A stretch of 63,392 nt of DNA from Candidatus Aquitaenariimonas noxiae (GCA_002780005.1 PEWV01000060.1:1-63392); one strand, 5' to 3'. Shown: positions 30,115 to 39,372, counted from the first letter of the stretch. The notes: a model not told the origin generated them from the sequence alone. Made by a program: numbers and translations.

Positions 30115-30160
30115 GTATTACGAATGTAAAAATTGTAACACCTATATATTGTTCTGTCAA
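30115..30160 (-). promoter_or_regulatory. nikR promoter with overlapping NikR operator
   Basis: GTATTAC-N13-GTAACAC (30115-30141) overlapping TTGACA-N17-TACAAT. Confidence 0.7.
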
Positions 30161-30179
30161 GAAAAAAAATCCGAATAAA

Positions 30180-30857
30180 TTATTTACCGTCCTTCAATTT
30201 TTCAGGATGGTGTCTGACCACTTCTGCCTGAACCATATAGATCACGTCCTCAGCAATATTTGTAGCGTGATCACATATACGTTCTAGAAAACGCGCTATC
30301 AGCAACAGTTGAACAGCCCTTGGTGCCGTAGATCCGTCCTTCACCATATAATCTTCTACAAGTTCTTTCTGTATTAAATTTCTCAGTTTATCGGCGTCCG
30401 GGTCTGATAATAAAACCTTTTTAGCCAATTGAATATCGGATCTTACGAACGCGTCTATGGCCATTTTCACCATATTTTGTGCTATCTCGCTTAATTTAGG
30501 AATGTCAATAAGCGGTTTTAAAAGCGGTTTGTCTATGATCTCAAGCGTGCGCTGCGCTATGTCCATGGCTATATCGGCGATCCTCTCAAGCTCATTGTTC
30601 AATTTCATCCCTGTCGTGATAAATCGCAGATCTTTCGCCATAGGCTGGTATCGAGCGATCAGATCTATGCATTTCTCGTCTATAAGCAACTCAAGCTCAT
30701 CTATTTTGTCATCATTTTCTATTATTTTTTTTGCCATCTCTTTATCGCGATTCTTGAGCGCTTCGATCGATTTATAGATCGCCTCCTCGGCAAAAGCCCC
30801 CATCTTTAATATATCTTTATTCAACTCTTTTAATTCTTGATCAACATGTCTTTCCAT
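30180..30857 (-). CDS. phoU: Phosphate transport regulator PhoU
   Basis: DDKIDELE, QPMAKDLR, LERIAD, LERICDHATNIAE. Confidence 0.96.
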   Translation of the reverse strand: MERHVDQELKELNKDILKMGAFAEEAIYKSIEALKNRDKEMAKKIIENDDKIDELELLIDEKCIDLIARYQPMAKDLRFITTGMKLNNELERIADIAMDIAQRTLEIIDKPLLKPLIDIPKLSEIAQNMVKMAIDAFVRSDIQLAKKVLLSDPDADKLRNLIQKELVEDYMVKDGSTAPRAVQLLLIARFLERICDHATNIAEDVIYMVQAEVVRHHPEKLKDGK

Positions 30858-30880
30858 ACTTGTCTCCTTATTTTGACTTC

Positions 30881-30946
30881 TAGCGTTTAGCGATTAGCGC
30901 ATAGCGTTTAGTTTCTCTATACGCTAGACGCTATTCGCTATACGCT
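30881..30946. repeat. Palindrome built from 7-bp TAGCGNN tandem units
   Basis: 4.4 x TAGCGNN, a 5-nt loop, then the inverted array. Confidence 0.85.
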
Positions 30947-30951
30947 AATAA

Positions 30952-31707
30952 TTATCCGTATCTCCCGGTAATATAGTCTTCCGTGCGTTTATCGCTTGGC
31001 GCGGTAAATATATTCTCGGTTTTACCAAATTCTACTAATTCACCTAAAAGCATAAAACCCGTATTATCAGAAACGCGTGCAGCCTGCTGCATATTATGCG
31101 TCACTATTATTATAGTATAATTGTCCTTTAATTCACGCATTAATTCTTCTATCCGCGCCGTTGCCTGCGGGTCAAGAGTCGAGCAGGGTTCATCCATCAG
31201 CAATATGTCGGGCTTAACAGCAATAAGCCTGGCAATACACAACCTTTGCTTTTGCTCTAACGATAAGCTTAAGGCCGGTTTATCCAATTTATCCTTCAAT
31301 TCATCCCACAAAAGAACGCTTTCTAAGCTTTCTTTAACGATCTCGTCTAATTTATCCCGTCTTATTCTCTCCCCGTGTATCTTTTCGCCAAAAACAATAT
31401 TCTCGTAAATAGACAACGGGAACGGATTGGGCCGCTGGAAAACCATTCCCACTTTTTTGCGTAAAGTCACAAGGTCTTTACTGCCGTTAAGAATATTCAT
31501 ACCATCGATCAAAACTTCACCGTTCGTCCGCACGCCATCGATCAGATCGTTCATTCTGTTAAAAACTCTAAGCAAAGTCGATTTGCCGCATCCCGAAGGA
31601 CCGATTATGGCTGTAATCCTATTCGCCTCTATGCCTGAGTTTATGTTCTTTAAGGCGTGAAAAGTACCATACCAAAGGTTTAGATTTTTAGTTGTAATTT
31701 TTGCCAT
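30952..31707 (-). CDS. pstB: Phosphate ABC ATPase PstB (copy 2; degenerate signature LSLEQ)
   Basis: [26 protein letters not shown]; signature LSLEQKQR. Confidence 0.95.
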   Translation of the reverse strand: MAKITTKNLNLWYGTFHALKNINSGIEANRITAIIGPSGCGKSTLLRVFNRMNDLIDGVRTNGEVLIDGMNILNGSKDLVTLRKKVGMVFQRPNPFPLSIYENIVFGEKIHGERIRRDKLDEIVKESLESVLLWDELKDKLDKPALSLSLEQKQRLCIARLIAVKPDILLMDEPCSTLDPQATARIEELMRELKDNYTIIIVTHNMQQAARVSDNTGFMLLGELVEFGKTENIFTAPSDKRTEDYITGRYG

Positions 31708-32525
31708 TATCCGAATTTCCCCCTGACATAACCGTCCGTGCGTTTATCTTGCGGCGCGGTAAATATTCTATCCGTCTTATCTAATTCAACGAGTTCACCG
31801 TTTAAGAAGAACGCTGTTTTGTCCCCAACCCTTGCAGCCTGCTTTACATTGTTGGTTACTAAAACTATGGTGAATTTCTCTTTAAACTTAACCATTGCAT
31901 CTTCTACTTTAGCGGTGGAGATAGGATCAAGCCCTGAACAAGGCTCATCAAACAAGACCACCTCGGGCCTTACCGCTAATGTCCTTGCGATGCAAAGACG
32001 CTGCTGCTGCCCTCCCGATAATTTAAAAGCCGATTCGCTTAACCTGTCTTTAACTTCCTCCCAAAGATATGCCTGTCTCAAGGTTTCTTCTACTTTTTCC
32101 TCCAATTTTTTCTTTCCTCTTTCACCATGCATTCTTATCCCATAGGCTACATTATCAAATATGGATAACGGAAGAGGCAGGGGCAGCGCAAAAACCATGC
32201 CTATTTTACGGCGCAATTCTTCCACTTTGATCCCGCGAATATCTTCTCTTTCAAGCTCTATCGCTCCGGTTATTCTATAATTAGTATTAAGCTCATTAAG
32301 GCGATTAAGCGCCCTAAGAAAAGTTGTTTTTCCGCTATTGGCCGGCCCTATCACGCTTAAGATCTCATTAGATCGGATCTCCATATTGACATGCTTTATG
32401 ACCTGCGCTGGGCCAAACCATATGTTTAGATCGTGTATCTCAAATTTTACCCCGTTAGAAATTGTTTCTTGATTATTTCTTCCCGAGGTTTCTTCTAATT
32501 TTTTATTTCTAACGGGGTTTACCAT
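31707..32525 (-). CDS. pstB: Phosphate ABC ATPase PstB (copy 1; degenerate Walker A, Q-loop and H-loop)
   Basis: [30 protein letters not shown]. Confidence 0.93.
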   Translation of the reverse strand: MVNPVRNKKLEETSGRNNQETISNGVKFEIHDLNIWFGPAQVIKHVNMEIRSNEILSVIGPANSGKTTFLRALNRLNELNTNYRITGAIELEREDIRGIKVEELRRKIGMVFALPLPLPLSIFDNVAYGIRMHGERGKKKLEEKVEETLRQAYLWEEVKDRLSESAFKLSGGQQQRLCIARTLAVRPEVVLFDEPCSGLDPISTAKVEDAMVKFKEKFTIVLVTNNVKQAARVGDKTAFFLNGELVELDKTDRIFTAPQDKRTDGYVRGKFG

Positions 32526-33367
32526 TTCTTTCTTTTCCTAAATTTATAACGTATTATTATAGCCACTAAATTCATGATTAAAACGAGCGCCAACAAAACA
32601 AACGCCGTCCCGTATCTTATCTTTTCATCAACATTAGGAACCTGTGTTGAAATAACATATAGATGATATGGCAATGCCATAGCCTGATCGAATATCGACG
32701 AAGGAAGCTGAGGCAGATAAAAAGCCGCTACGGTAAAAAGGATCGGCGCGGTCTCTCCGGCCGCTCTTCCCAATCCTAAGATAGTCCCGGTCAATATGCC
32801 GGGTACGGCGTTAGGTAAAACTATATTTCTTATGGTCTGCCATTTGCTTGCTCCTAAAGACAGGCTTACCTCGCGGAAGGAATACGGTACGCTTTCCAAT
32901 GCTTCGCGCGAAGTAGTAATGATTATAGGAAGTATCATAATGCCTAAAGTCAGCGAACCCGAAAGGATCGAAGCTCCAAATTTGAAAAATATAACAAATA
33001 ACGCCAAACCGAAAAGCCCATAAACTACTGACGGTACGCCTGCCAAATTAACGATTGCCAATTTTATAAGCCGCATAAGCAGATTCTCTTTTGAATACTC
33101 ACTAAGGTATATCGCCGCCAATAAACCGATCGGCAAGGCGAAGATAATGGTACCTGTAACTAAATACACTGTTCCGACAATAGCGGGGAAAATACCGCCT
33201 GCGCGCATCCCATGCCTTGGTATATCGGAAAGGAATTGCCAGTCAATAGCCGGCAGTCCTTTTTGAATGATCACAAAAACGATAAAACCAACAGGCACCA
33301 CTATTAAAAGTGTGGCGAGAAATAAAAAGAAAAAGGCTATATTCTGTGTTATGTGCGGATTTTTCAT
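32519..33367 (-). CDS. pstA: Phosphate ABC permease PstA
   Basis: LAGVPSVVYG, GRAAGETAP. Confidence 0.95.
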   Translation of the reverse strand: MKNPHITQNIAFFFLFLATLLIVVPVGFIVFVIIQKGLPAIDWQFLSDIPRHGMRAGGIFPAIVGTVYLVTGTIIFALPIGLLAAIYLSEYSKENLLMRLIKLAIVNLAGVPSVVYGLFGLALFVIFFKFGASILSGSLTLGIMILPIIITTSREALESVPYSFREVSLSLGASKWQTIRNIVLPNAVPGILTGTILGLGRAAGETAPILFTVAAFYLPQLPSSIFDQAMALPYHLYVISTQVPNVDEKIRYGTAFVLLALVLIMNLVAIIIRYKFRKRKKW

Positions 33368-33422
33368 CCTTCGACTCCTTTTAGTCGCTCAGGATGACCC
33401 TCAAGCGAAGCCGAATGGGTCA
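33365..33422. repeat. REP-like hairpin element (CATCCYTCG..CTCRGGAT family) between pstC and pstA
   Basis: catccttcgact-ccttt-tagtcgctcaggatgac plus second hairpin tgaccc..gggtca. Confidence 0.65.
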
Positions 33423-34286
33423 TCATTGCCTTTTGTGTAAAAACAGATCTGCCGTTACGTTGATCGCAAAACTAATTATAAATAGAACTATCCCTATAGC
33501 GAATAGCGCAAAATAATGTTCACTCCCCACTACCGCTTCGCCCATCTCGGCGGCGATCGTAGCCGTTAAAGTCCGCACAGGCGCAAATATGCTATTCGGC
33601 ATAACGGCAGCGTTACCTGTAATCATCATAACAGCCATGGTTTCGCCTATCACCCTTCCGATCCCCAGCATAATGGCAGCAACTATACCTCTGGACGCCG
33701 CGGGAAGCATCACGCGATGAATCGTCTGCCAGTGAGTCGCCCCCAAAGCAAATGCGCCTTCTTTATAAGTCTTCGGAACAGAGTAAAGCGCGTCTTCAGC
33801 GATCGAGACGATCGTAGGCATGGCCATAAACGCAAGCATTATAGAGCCGGATAACGCGGTAAGACCTGTCGGTAAATGAAAAAAGGTTTTCACGAACGGC
33901 ACGAGTGTCACCATACCAATAAATCCCAAAACTACGCTTGGTATAGCCGCTAGCAGCTCTATTCCCGCTTTAAGGATCTCTTTTAGATTTGCAGGAGCTA
34001 CCTCCGCGATATAGACGGCGCAACCGACACCGATAGGAATAGAGATGATCGCGGCGCCTAAAGTCACTAAAAGCGAGCCTAAGATCAGAGGGAGTATTCC
34101 CAATTGAGGCGGGTCTGAAATAGGATACCAATTCTTACCGAAAAGGAACTTAAAAGGGCTTACGGTGCTGAATACCGCAAGCCCTTCTTTGAGAAGGAAC
34201 AAAAAGATCAGCACCACAAAAAATATTGATGCCAATCCGCATATTAATATGAGTTTCTCAATAATAAACTCTTTAAGTTTGCGCAT
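33423..34286 (-). CDS. pstC: Phosphate ABC permease PstC
   Basis: ELLAAIPSVV, GRVIGETMAV, AEMGEA. Confidence 0.95.
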   Translation of the reverse strand: MRKLKEFIIEKLILICGLASIFFVVLIFLFLLKEGLAVFSTVSPFKFLFGKNWYPISDPPQLGILPLILGSLLVTLGAAIISIPIGVGCAVYIAEVAPANLKEILKAGIELLAAIPSVVLGFIGMVTLVPFVKTFFHLPTGLTALSGSIMLAFMAMPTIVSIAEDALYSVPKTYKEGAFALGATHWQTIHRVMLPAASRGIVAAIMLGIGRVIGETMAVMMITGNAAVMPNSIFAPVRTLTATIAAEMGEAVVGSEHYFALFAIGIVLFIISFAINVTADLFLHKRQ

Positions 34287-34291
34287 CGAAT

Positions 34292-35146
34292 TTATTTTAT
34301 GATCGGAACAAAATCGGTTTTTAAAACAATGTCCTGGCCTTCTTTATAAAGCGCAAAATCTATAAATTTTTTCACCAAACCCTGGGGTGCGCCATTGACA
34401 TAAATAAACAATGGTCTTGATATAGGATATTTCCCATCTACGACATTTTCGATCGTCGGCGTAATATACTCTGAGCTCGCGTCTTTGGCAACGGCTATTG
34501 CTTTTTGTTTTGCGGATATATACCCCATACCATAATATCCTATCGCTGACGCATTACCTGCGACTTCATCGGCGATTGCCTGTGAAGAAGAAAGAAGAAG
34601 CGCGCTTTGCGCGAACTCTTCCTTACCGTCAGCATTGCCTTTTCTCAAAACGTGTTCTTTAAAATAAACATGGGTGCCGGAATTTATCTCACGTGAAAGT
34701 ATTACGATTTTTTCATCCTTACCACCTACATCTTTCCAGTTGGAAATGGTACCTGTAAAAATTCCTGCCAGCTGATCTAAGGTAAGTTTGCTGACCGGAT
34801 TGGCCGGATTCACTACTACCGCAAGGCCGTCCAAAGCTACTTTGATCTCTGTTGGATTTATACCTTTTTGGTTAGCAAGCGATATTTCTTTTCCTTTAAT
34901 ACTTCTTGAAGCCATTGCAATATCGCAAGTCCCGCTTATAAGGCTGGAAAATCCCGTACCCGAACCGCCGCCCGTAACCGCAACAAACTCTCCGGGGTTC
35001 TCTTCCATGTACTTCTCTGCCCATGCCTGGCCCAAATTCACCATAGTATCCGAACCCTTAACCTGTATTGAATTTTTCCCCGATTTGGCAAGAGCCGGAC
35101 CCGTGAGCATAAGCGCCATTAAAATAATTAACCCCTTCTTGAACAT
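34292..35146 (-). CDS. pstS: Phosphate-binding protein PstS
   Basis: KGSDT, GGGSGTG, SGTH, YPISRPL. Confidence 0.95.
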   Translation of the reverse strand: MFKKGLIILMALMLTGPALAKSGKNSIQVKGSDTMVNLGQAWAEKYMEENPGEFVAVTGGGSGTGFSSLISGTCDIAMASRSIKGKEISLANQKGINPTEIKVALDGLAVVVNPANPVSKLTLDQLAGIFTGTISNWKDVGGKDEKIVILSREINSGTHVYFKEHVLRKGNADGKEEFAQSALLLSSSQAIADEVAGNASAIGYYGMGYISAKQKAIAVAKDASSEYITPTIENVVDGKYPISRPLFIYVNGAPQGLVKKFIDFALYKEGQDIVLKTDFVPIIK

Positions 35147-35167
35147 AAATTCCTCCTTTTTTCTTAA

Positions 35168-35220
35168 ATTATACTTTAGTCATGTAATATTTATGTTATA
35201 CCAATGTAAAATCTATGTAA
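35168..35220 (-). promoter_or_regulatory. Pho-box array and -10 of pstS
   Basis: Four TT/TAACAT-like units at exact 11-bp spacing (35182, 35193, 35204, 35215), then TATAAT 8 bp downstream. Confidence 0.8.
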
Positions 35221-35233
35221 AATTAATTTTTTG

Positions 35234-36532
35234 CTAGAATTTCATATTCCAATCCACCTATGCAACAATAGCCGGACTAGACTGTGTAGAGCCAAACTGG
35301 CTTTTAATCTTTTGAGCCTGATAAAAATCAAAACCGATCCATGTGTTCTTGGCTAAACCCCAATCGAACATAATTTCATGCGCTTTCATTCCGGTCTTGC
35401 CGTCATAACGGTCTGAATCAGGCAGTGTATCAAGAATGGCGTCTCTGTCAAGTGCGGCATAGTTATATCGCACCTGCCAATCAGCCCATTTTTCTACCTT
35501 CTCGGCTCCCAGTTTACACCCAAGCATATACCCTTTATTATATTTAATACCTGAATCGACATTCTGCACATATTCTCCGAACAGGGCTATATACGGTAAA
35601 TCCAAACCTATCGGCTTAAACGGCTCTTTAAAACTGAGCTCGAGGGCCGGTATGATTTCCCTATAATCATACTTCAAACGTCCGCTGACAGTACTGCCGC
35701 TCACAGTATAACCGGTATTAGTACCTTTTGTGCCGGACAATAAGTTGTCTTTTGCATTTGCGAAATGATAGTAAGAAATCGCACCCTTAAGAGAGGTCGT
35801 ATCATTGATCGCAAGGTTAAAACCAGGCTGTATCGCGTACATCATGGGATCATGATCGGATGCTGATTGTTCCTCTATTACATAAACTCCGGAATTCAAA
35901 AAAAGGTCAAGCTCAGAATTGATTTTTTTGGTCAATTTAACAGCGCCGCCTTCCGGATTGATATCTGTATCCCAAACAAGATCTCCCGGTTCCCAAAGGT
36001 TATTTTTAAATTTGCCTCCTATAAAAGTGGCCCAGGAAAAAGGCGCATATTGCGCATAGGCATAATCAAAAGCAATAGCCTTCTTGCTGAAACCTTTTTC
36101 AAGCGACGCATTAGTCGATCTTGCGGCATCTGCTGAACCGTCAGACAGGCCGGTTGCTATGCCGATCCCAGCCAAAATCTTATCGTTCACCTTTGACTCG
36201 AGCCCCAACCTCGTTCTAATGCGGACCCTATCGCGATAAATTGAATTATTTGTTGTACTTTTTGAATGGTCACGTTGATATCTTAACCTAAAATCGCCTT
36301 TCAGCTTAGTGTTCTGAACCCATTGGGGCAAAGAAGAACTCTTGCCTTCAGCTATCTCTTTTTTAACCTCTTCCTTTGTTTCCGTAATGATCTGCTGCGC
36401 TTCGCCCGGAGTAAGCACACCCTTTTCAATGAGCTTATTGACCAGCGTGTCAATTTCGCCGGCAAAACAATATCCTATACCTATCCACATAAATACAGCC
36501 ATAAATACCGCAAACCTAAACAACTTTTTCAT
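35234..36532 (-). pseudogene. Putative porin (phosphate-associated) with in-frame TAG 8 codons before the natural end
   Basis: GDFRLRY, DINPEG, DSD motifs; ...PAIVA*VDWNMKF* (TAG at 35258-35260, natural TAG at 35234-35236). Confidence 0.8.
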
Positions 36533-36557
36533 TCTTTCACTCCTTCCTTATTTTATA

Positions 36558-36674
36558 TCAGGCGCATCGCCTGTAATATCTGTCCATTTGTTCGATTTCG
36601 CCATTAATGATATTTTTTGCACTTGTCGTAATGATCGATGCAAGTTTGTATATCCAGATAATCATATTTTTCAT
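36558..36674 (-). CDS. Unannotated 38-aa small protein
   Basis: SD GAAGGGGGG; MKNMIIWIYKLASIITTSAKNIINGEIEQMDRYYRRCA; fills the gap before the porin SD. Confidence 0.55.
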   Translation of the reverse strand: MKNMIIWIYKLASIITTSAKNIINGEIEQMDRYYRRCA

Positions 36675-36697
36675 ATCCCCCCTTCATTATTTTTTAC

Positions 36698-36820
36698 CTA
36701 TGTCCAATCCTCGTTAAAATACTGCTGGTTAAATCCATTGACTCTTTCTGCTTCCCTATCTATAATGCGGTTGAAGAAGCCTGTTATTAAACGGATCATT
36801 TTAACTAGCGCGCTTTTCAT
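36698..36820 (-). CDS. Unannotated 40-aa small protein
   Basis: SD GAGGTGAG; MKSALVKMIRLITGFFNRIIDREAERVNGFNQQYFNEDWT. Confidence 0.6.
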   Translation of the reverse strand: MKSALVKMIRLITGFFNRIIDREAERVNGFNQQYFNEDWT

Positions 36821-36844
36821 ATCTCACCTCTTTTTTTCAATTCA

Positions 36845-36899
36845 AGTATACAAGGGGGATATTAAATGCGCTTCAAAGGAATGTTAAATAGGGGTAAAA
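36845..36899 (-). promoter_or_regulatory. Degenerate Pho-box array and -10 upstream of the sORFs and porin
   Basis: TTTTACCC, TTTAACAT, TTTGAAGC, TTTAATAT at 11-bp period; TATACT 8 bp downstream, same geometry as pstS. Confidence 0.65.
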
Positions 36900-36920
36900 T
36901 TATTTTGGTGGATTTTTGGA

Positions 36921-38696
36921 CTATTTCGGGATAGTGAACCAAAACTTCGAGCCGAGGCCTTCAGCGCTTTCTACGCCTACATTGCCGCCGTGAAGCTCGA
37001 CAATGTGTTTAACGATAGAAAGCCCAAGGCCGGTTCCGCCGAGTTCGCGCGAGCGCGCTTTGTCTACACGGTAGAAACGCTCAAAAATGCGGGGAATGTC
37101 TTTTTCTGGAATGCCGATTCCTTTATCTTCTACAAAAACTTTTATTTTTCCATTTACTTCCTGGATATATATCCGAATAGCGCCCTTTTCTTTGTTAAAT
37201 TTTATTGCATTATCAATAAGGTTAGTGAACACCTGCTCCATTCTATCTTGATCGGCTGTTACCGAAATACTTATAGGCAACTCATTCTTAACCTCTATAC
37301 CGTTCTTCTTCAGTTGAGCCTTAAATGTTGAGATGGCTTCTTCAAGTTGTTGCCTTAAATTAAAGCTTTTCTTATTAAGTATTATTTCTTTTGATTCAAG
37401 ATGTGACAGAGAAAGCAAATCCTCAACTAAGTTATTAAGACGTTCAGTATGGTCATATATAATCTTCAAGAAATTACGGTTATTTTCCTTATCATCCAAA
37501 GCGCCCTCAAGTAGCGTCTCCACGAAGCCTTTTATGGAAGTAAGCGGTGTTTTTAACTCATGCGAAACGTTAGCAACAAAATCACTGCGCATGGTCTCAA
37601 GCCGTCTCATTTCGGTTATGTCATGTATGACCGCCAAGCACCCGTTTATGCTATCATTGTCAAAAATAGGAACGGCGTTGATCTGAAATATTTTACGCAC
37701 AGGCAAAACAAGGCTTATTTCACCCGAGACGGATCTACCGTTCTTTATGGCATCGTTTATAGATTCCGAGATATCATTATTACGTATTGCTTCTAACAAC
37801 AATTTACCTTCCACGTATTTTTTGGAGATACCGAATATCTTCTCAACGGTAGGATTAATGGAAATCACGCGAGCGGACTTATCTACAACGATCACACCTT
37901 CGATCATGCTATTAAAAATTGCCGCTACCTTTTGGTTTTGGGCTTCGATCTCTTTGATCTTATCCTCTATATCTTGCGCCATGTTATTTAAGGTATTAGC
38001 GAGCTCACCTATCTCATCTTTAGAGTTATGGATTATTCTGCGGCTAAAATCGCCCTCTGAAAATTTGCGTGAAATCTGGATCATCCTGTTGATCGGTTTA
38101 ATAGTGCGGCGTGCAACAATAGAACCTAAGATAAAAGCGAACACAAGCGCAAAAAGCAGTCCAATAAAGACTATTCTTCTAATCGCGAATAATGTCTTTT
38201 GTACGCTCTCTAAAGGAAGGGACAATCTCAGTATTCCTGGGATTGCGGTCTTATTTTTAATAGGTACAGCAACATATAGCATATCTATCTTTAGGGTAGA
38301 TGAATAACGCGTATCTATACCGGTGACACCGGTTAAAGCAACTTTTACTTCCGGCCGGTAAAGATGGTTTTCCATTTGAGGAATTTCTTCCTGTGATTTT
38401 TCGGAATCGGCCAAAACCCTGCCTTTGCTATCAATAATAGTAATACGGCATTTTGTCTTAAGCCTCGAGGCCTTCACTAGAGATTCTAAGTACGGGGTAT
38501 CTTCCTGCCTCAGGCGCTCAGGGAAAATCTGGCTTTCGATCAAATTAGCCTGAGTAATTAGGGAGGATTCAATGTTGCGGATGGAGTTCTCTTCTAAATT
38601 TTTATCTAAAAAGAAGGCTATAAATCCGAAGGAAACTAAAATTACAAAAATATAAGAAAAAATCAGTTTTAGTTTAAAACTAATCTTCATATTCAA
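36921..38696 (-). CDS. phoR: PhoR-type sensor histidine kinase (HAMP-PAS-HisKA-HATPase)
   Basis: VANVSHELKTPLTSIKG, NLIDNAIK, FERFYRVDKARSRELGGTGLGL. Confidence 0.92.
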   Translation of the reverse strand: MNMKISFKLKLIFSYIFVILVSFGFIAFFLDKNLEENSIRNIESSLITQANLIESQIFPERLRQEDTPYLESLVKASRLKTKCRITIIDSKGRVLADSEKSQEEIPQMENHLYRPEVKVALTGVTGIDTRYSSTLKIDMLYVAVPIKNKTAIPGILRLSLPLESVQKTLFAIRRIVFIGLLFALVFAFILGSIVARRTIKPINRMIQISRKFSEGDFSRRIIHNSKDEIGELANTLNNMAQDIEDKIKEIEAQNQKVAAIFNSMIEGVIVVDKSARVISINPTVEKIFGISKKYVEGKLLLEAIRNNDISESINDAIKNGRSVSGEISLVLPVRKIFQINAVPIFDNDSINGCLAVIHDITEMRRLETMRSDFVANVSHELKTPLTSIKGFVETLLEGALDDKENNRNFLKIIYDHTERLNNLVEDLLSLSHLESKEIILNKKSFNLRQQLEEAISTFKAQLKKNGIEVKNELPISISVTADQDRMEQVFTNLIDNAIKFNKEKGAIRIYIQEVNGKIKVFVEDKGIGIPEKDIPRIFERFYRVDKARSRELGGTGLGLSIVKHIVELHGGNVGVESAEGLGSKFWFTIPK

Positions 38697-39372
38697 ATCT
38701 ATATCCGTAATTTTTCACGGTAATAATGTATTTTGACTCGCTTTTCAACTTTTTGCGCAGCGTTCTAATATGAACATCTACCGTGCGGGTCTGGATCTCC
38801 ATAGCATGATCAATTCCCCAAACTGTGTCTAAAAGATGATCCCGAGACAAAACCCTGCCTTTGGCTTTTATTAAAGTTTTTAATAGTTCAAATTCTTTCG
38901 CCGTAAGTTCTACGGGTTTATCTTTTACCGTTACTGCGATCTTAGAAAAATCGATCGCCAAATCACCTATTTTTAATACCTCAGGCGTTTTATCTTTTTC
39001 TTTTACGCGGCGCAGTACGGCCTTTATTCTGGCGATTAATTCTCTTGGGCTGAAAGGTTTAGTCATATAATCATCCGCGCCTAATTCCAACCCTACTATT
39101 TTATCCGATTCCTGGCTTTTTGCCGTAAGCATAATTATAGGAATAGCTGCGGTTTTGCTTTCATTTTTTAGCGTCTTACATACTTCAAAACCATCCATTC
39201 CGGGAAGCATTAGATCCAAAATGATAAGGTCCGGCCGTTCTTTATTCACCAGATCAACGGCATCTTCGCCATCGCGGGTTGAAACCCTTTTAAAACCTTC
39301 CTTTTTAAGATTATAATCAAGCATCTTAATTATATCTTTTTCGTCTTCTACGATCAGTATTTTTTCTTTCAT
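38680..39372 (-). CDS. phoB: PhoB/PhoP-type OmpR family response regulator
   Basis: LDLMLP, GADDYMTKPF, TRTVDVHI; adjacent to phoR and pst. Confidence 0.88.
   Translation of the reverse strand: MKEKILIVEDEKDIIKMLDYNLKKEGFKRVSTRDGEDAVDLVNKERPDLIILDLMLPGMDGFEVCKTLKNESKTAAIPIIMLTAKSQESDKIVGLELGADDYMTKPFSPRELIARIKAVLRRVKEKDKTPEVLKIGDLAIDFSKIAVTVKDKPVELTAKEFELLKTLIKAKGRVLSRDHLLDTVWGIDHAMEIQTRTVDVHIRTLRKKLKSESKYIITVKNYGYRFEYED

Noticed and set aside
24726-35260. Genome-wide TAA/TAG-to-Gln recoding to explain the two in-frame stops
   Set aside because: Many genes here end at TAA or TAG immediately before or overlapping the next start (e.g. 3106, 3844, 11464, 30180), and the three tRNAs have ordinary anticodons
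36342-36887. 181-aa plus-strand ORF over the porin 5' region
   Set aside because: Antisense to the porin and to two SD-bearing minus-strand sORFs; no SD or recognisable motif
38680-39372. Calling the two-component system CusRS because it follows cusA
   Set aside because: The kinase has PhoR-type PAS and H-box (SHELKTPLTSIKG), and Pho-box arrays plus pst/phoU lie downstream
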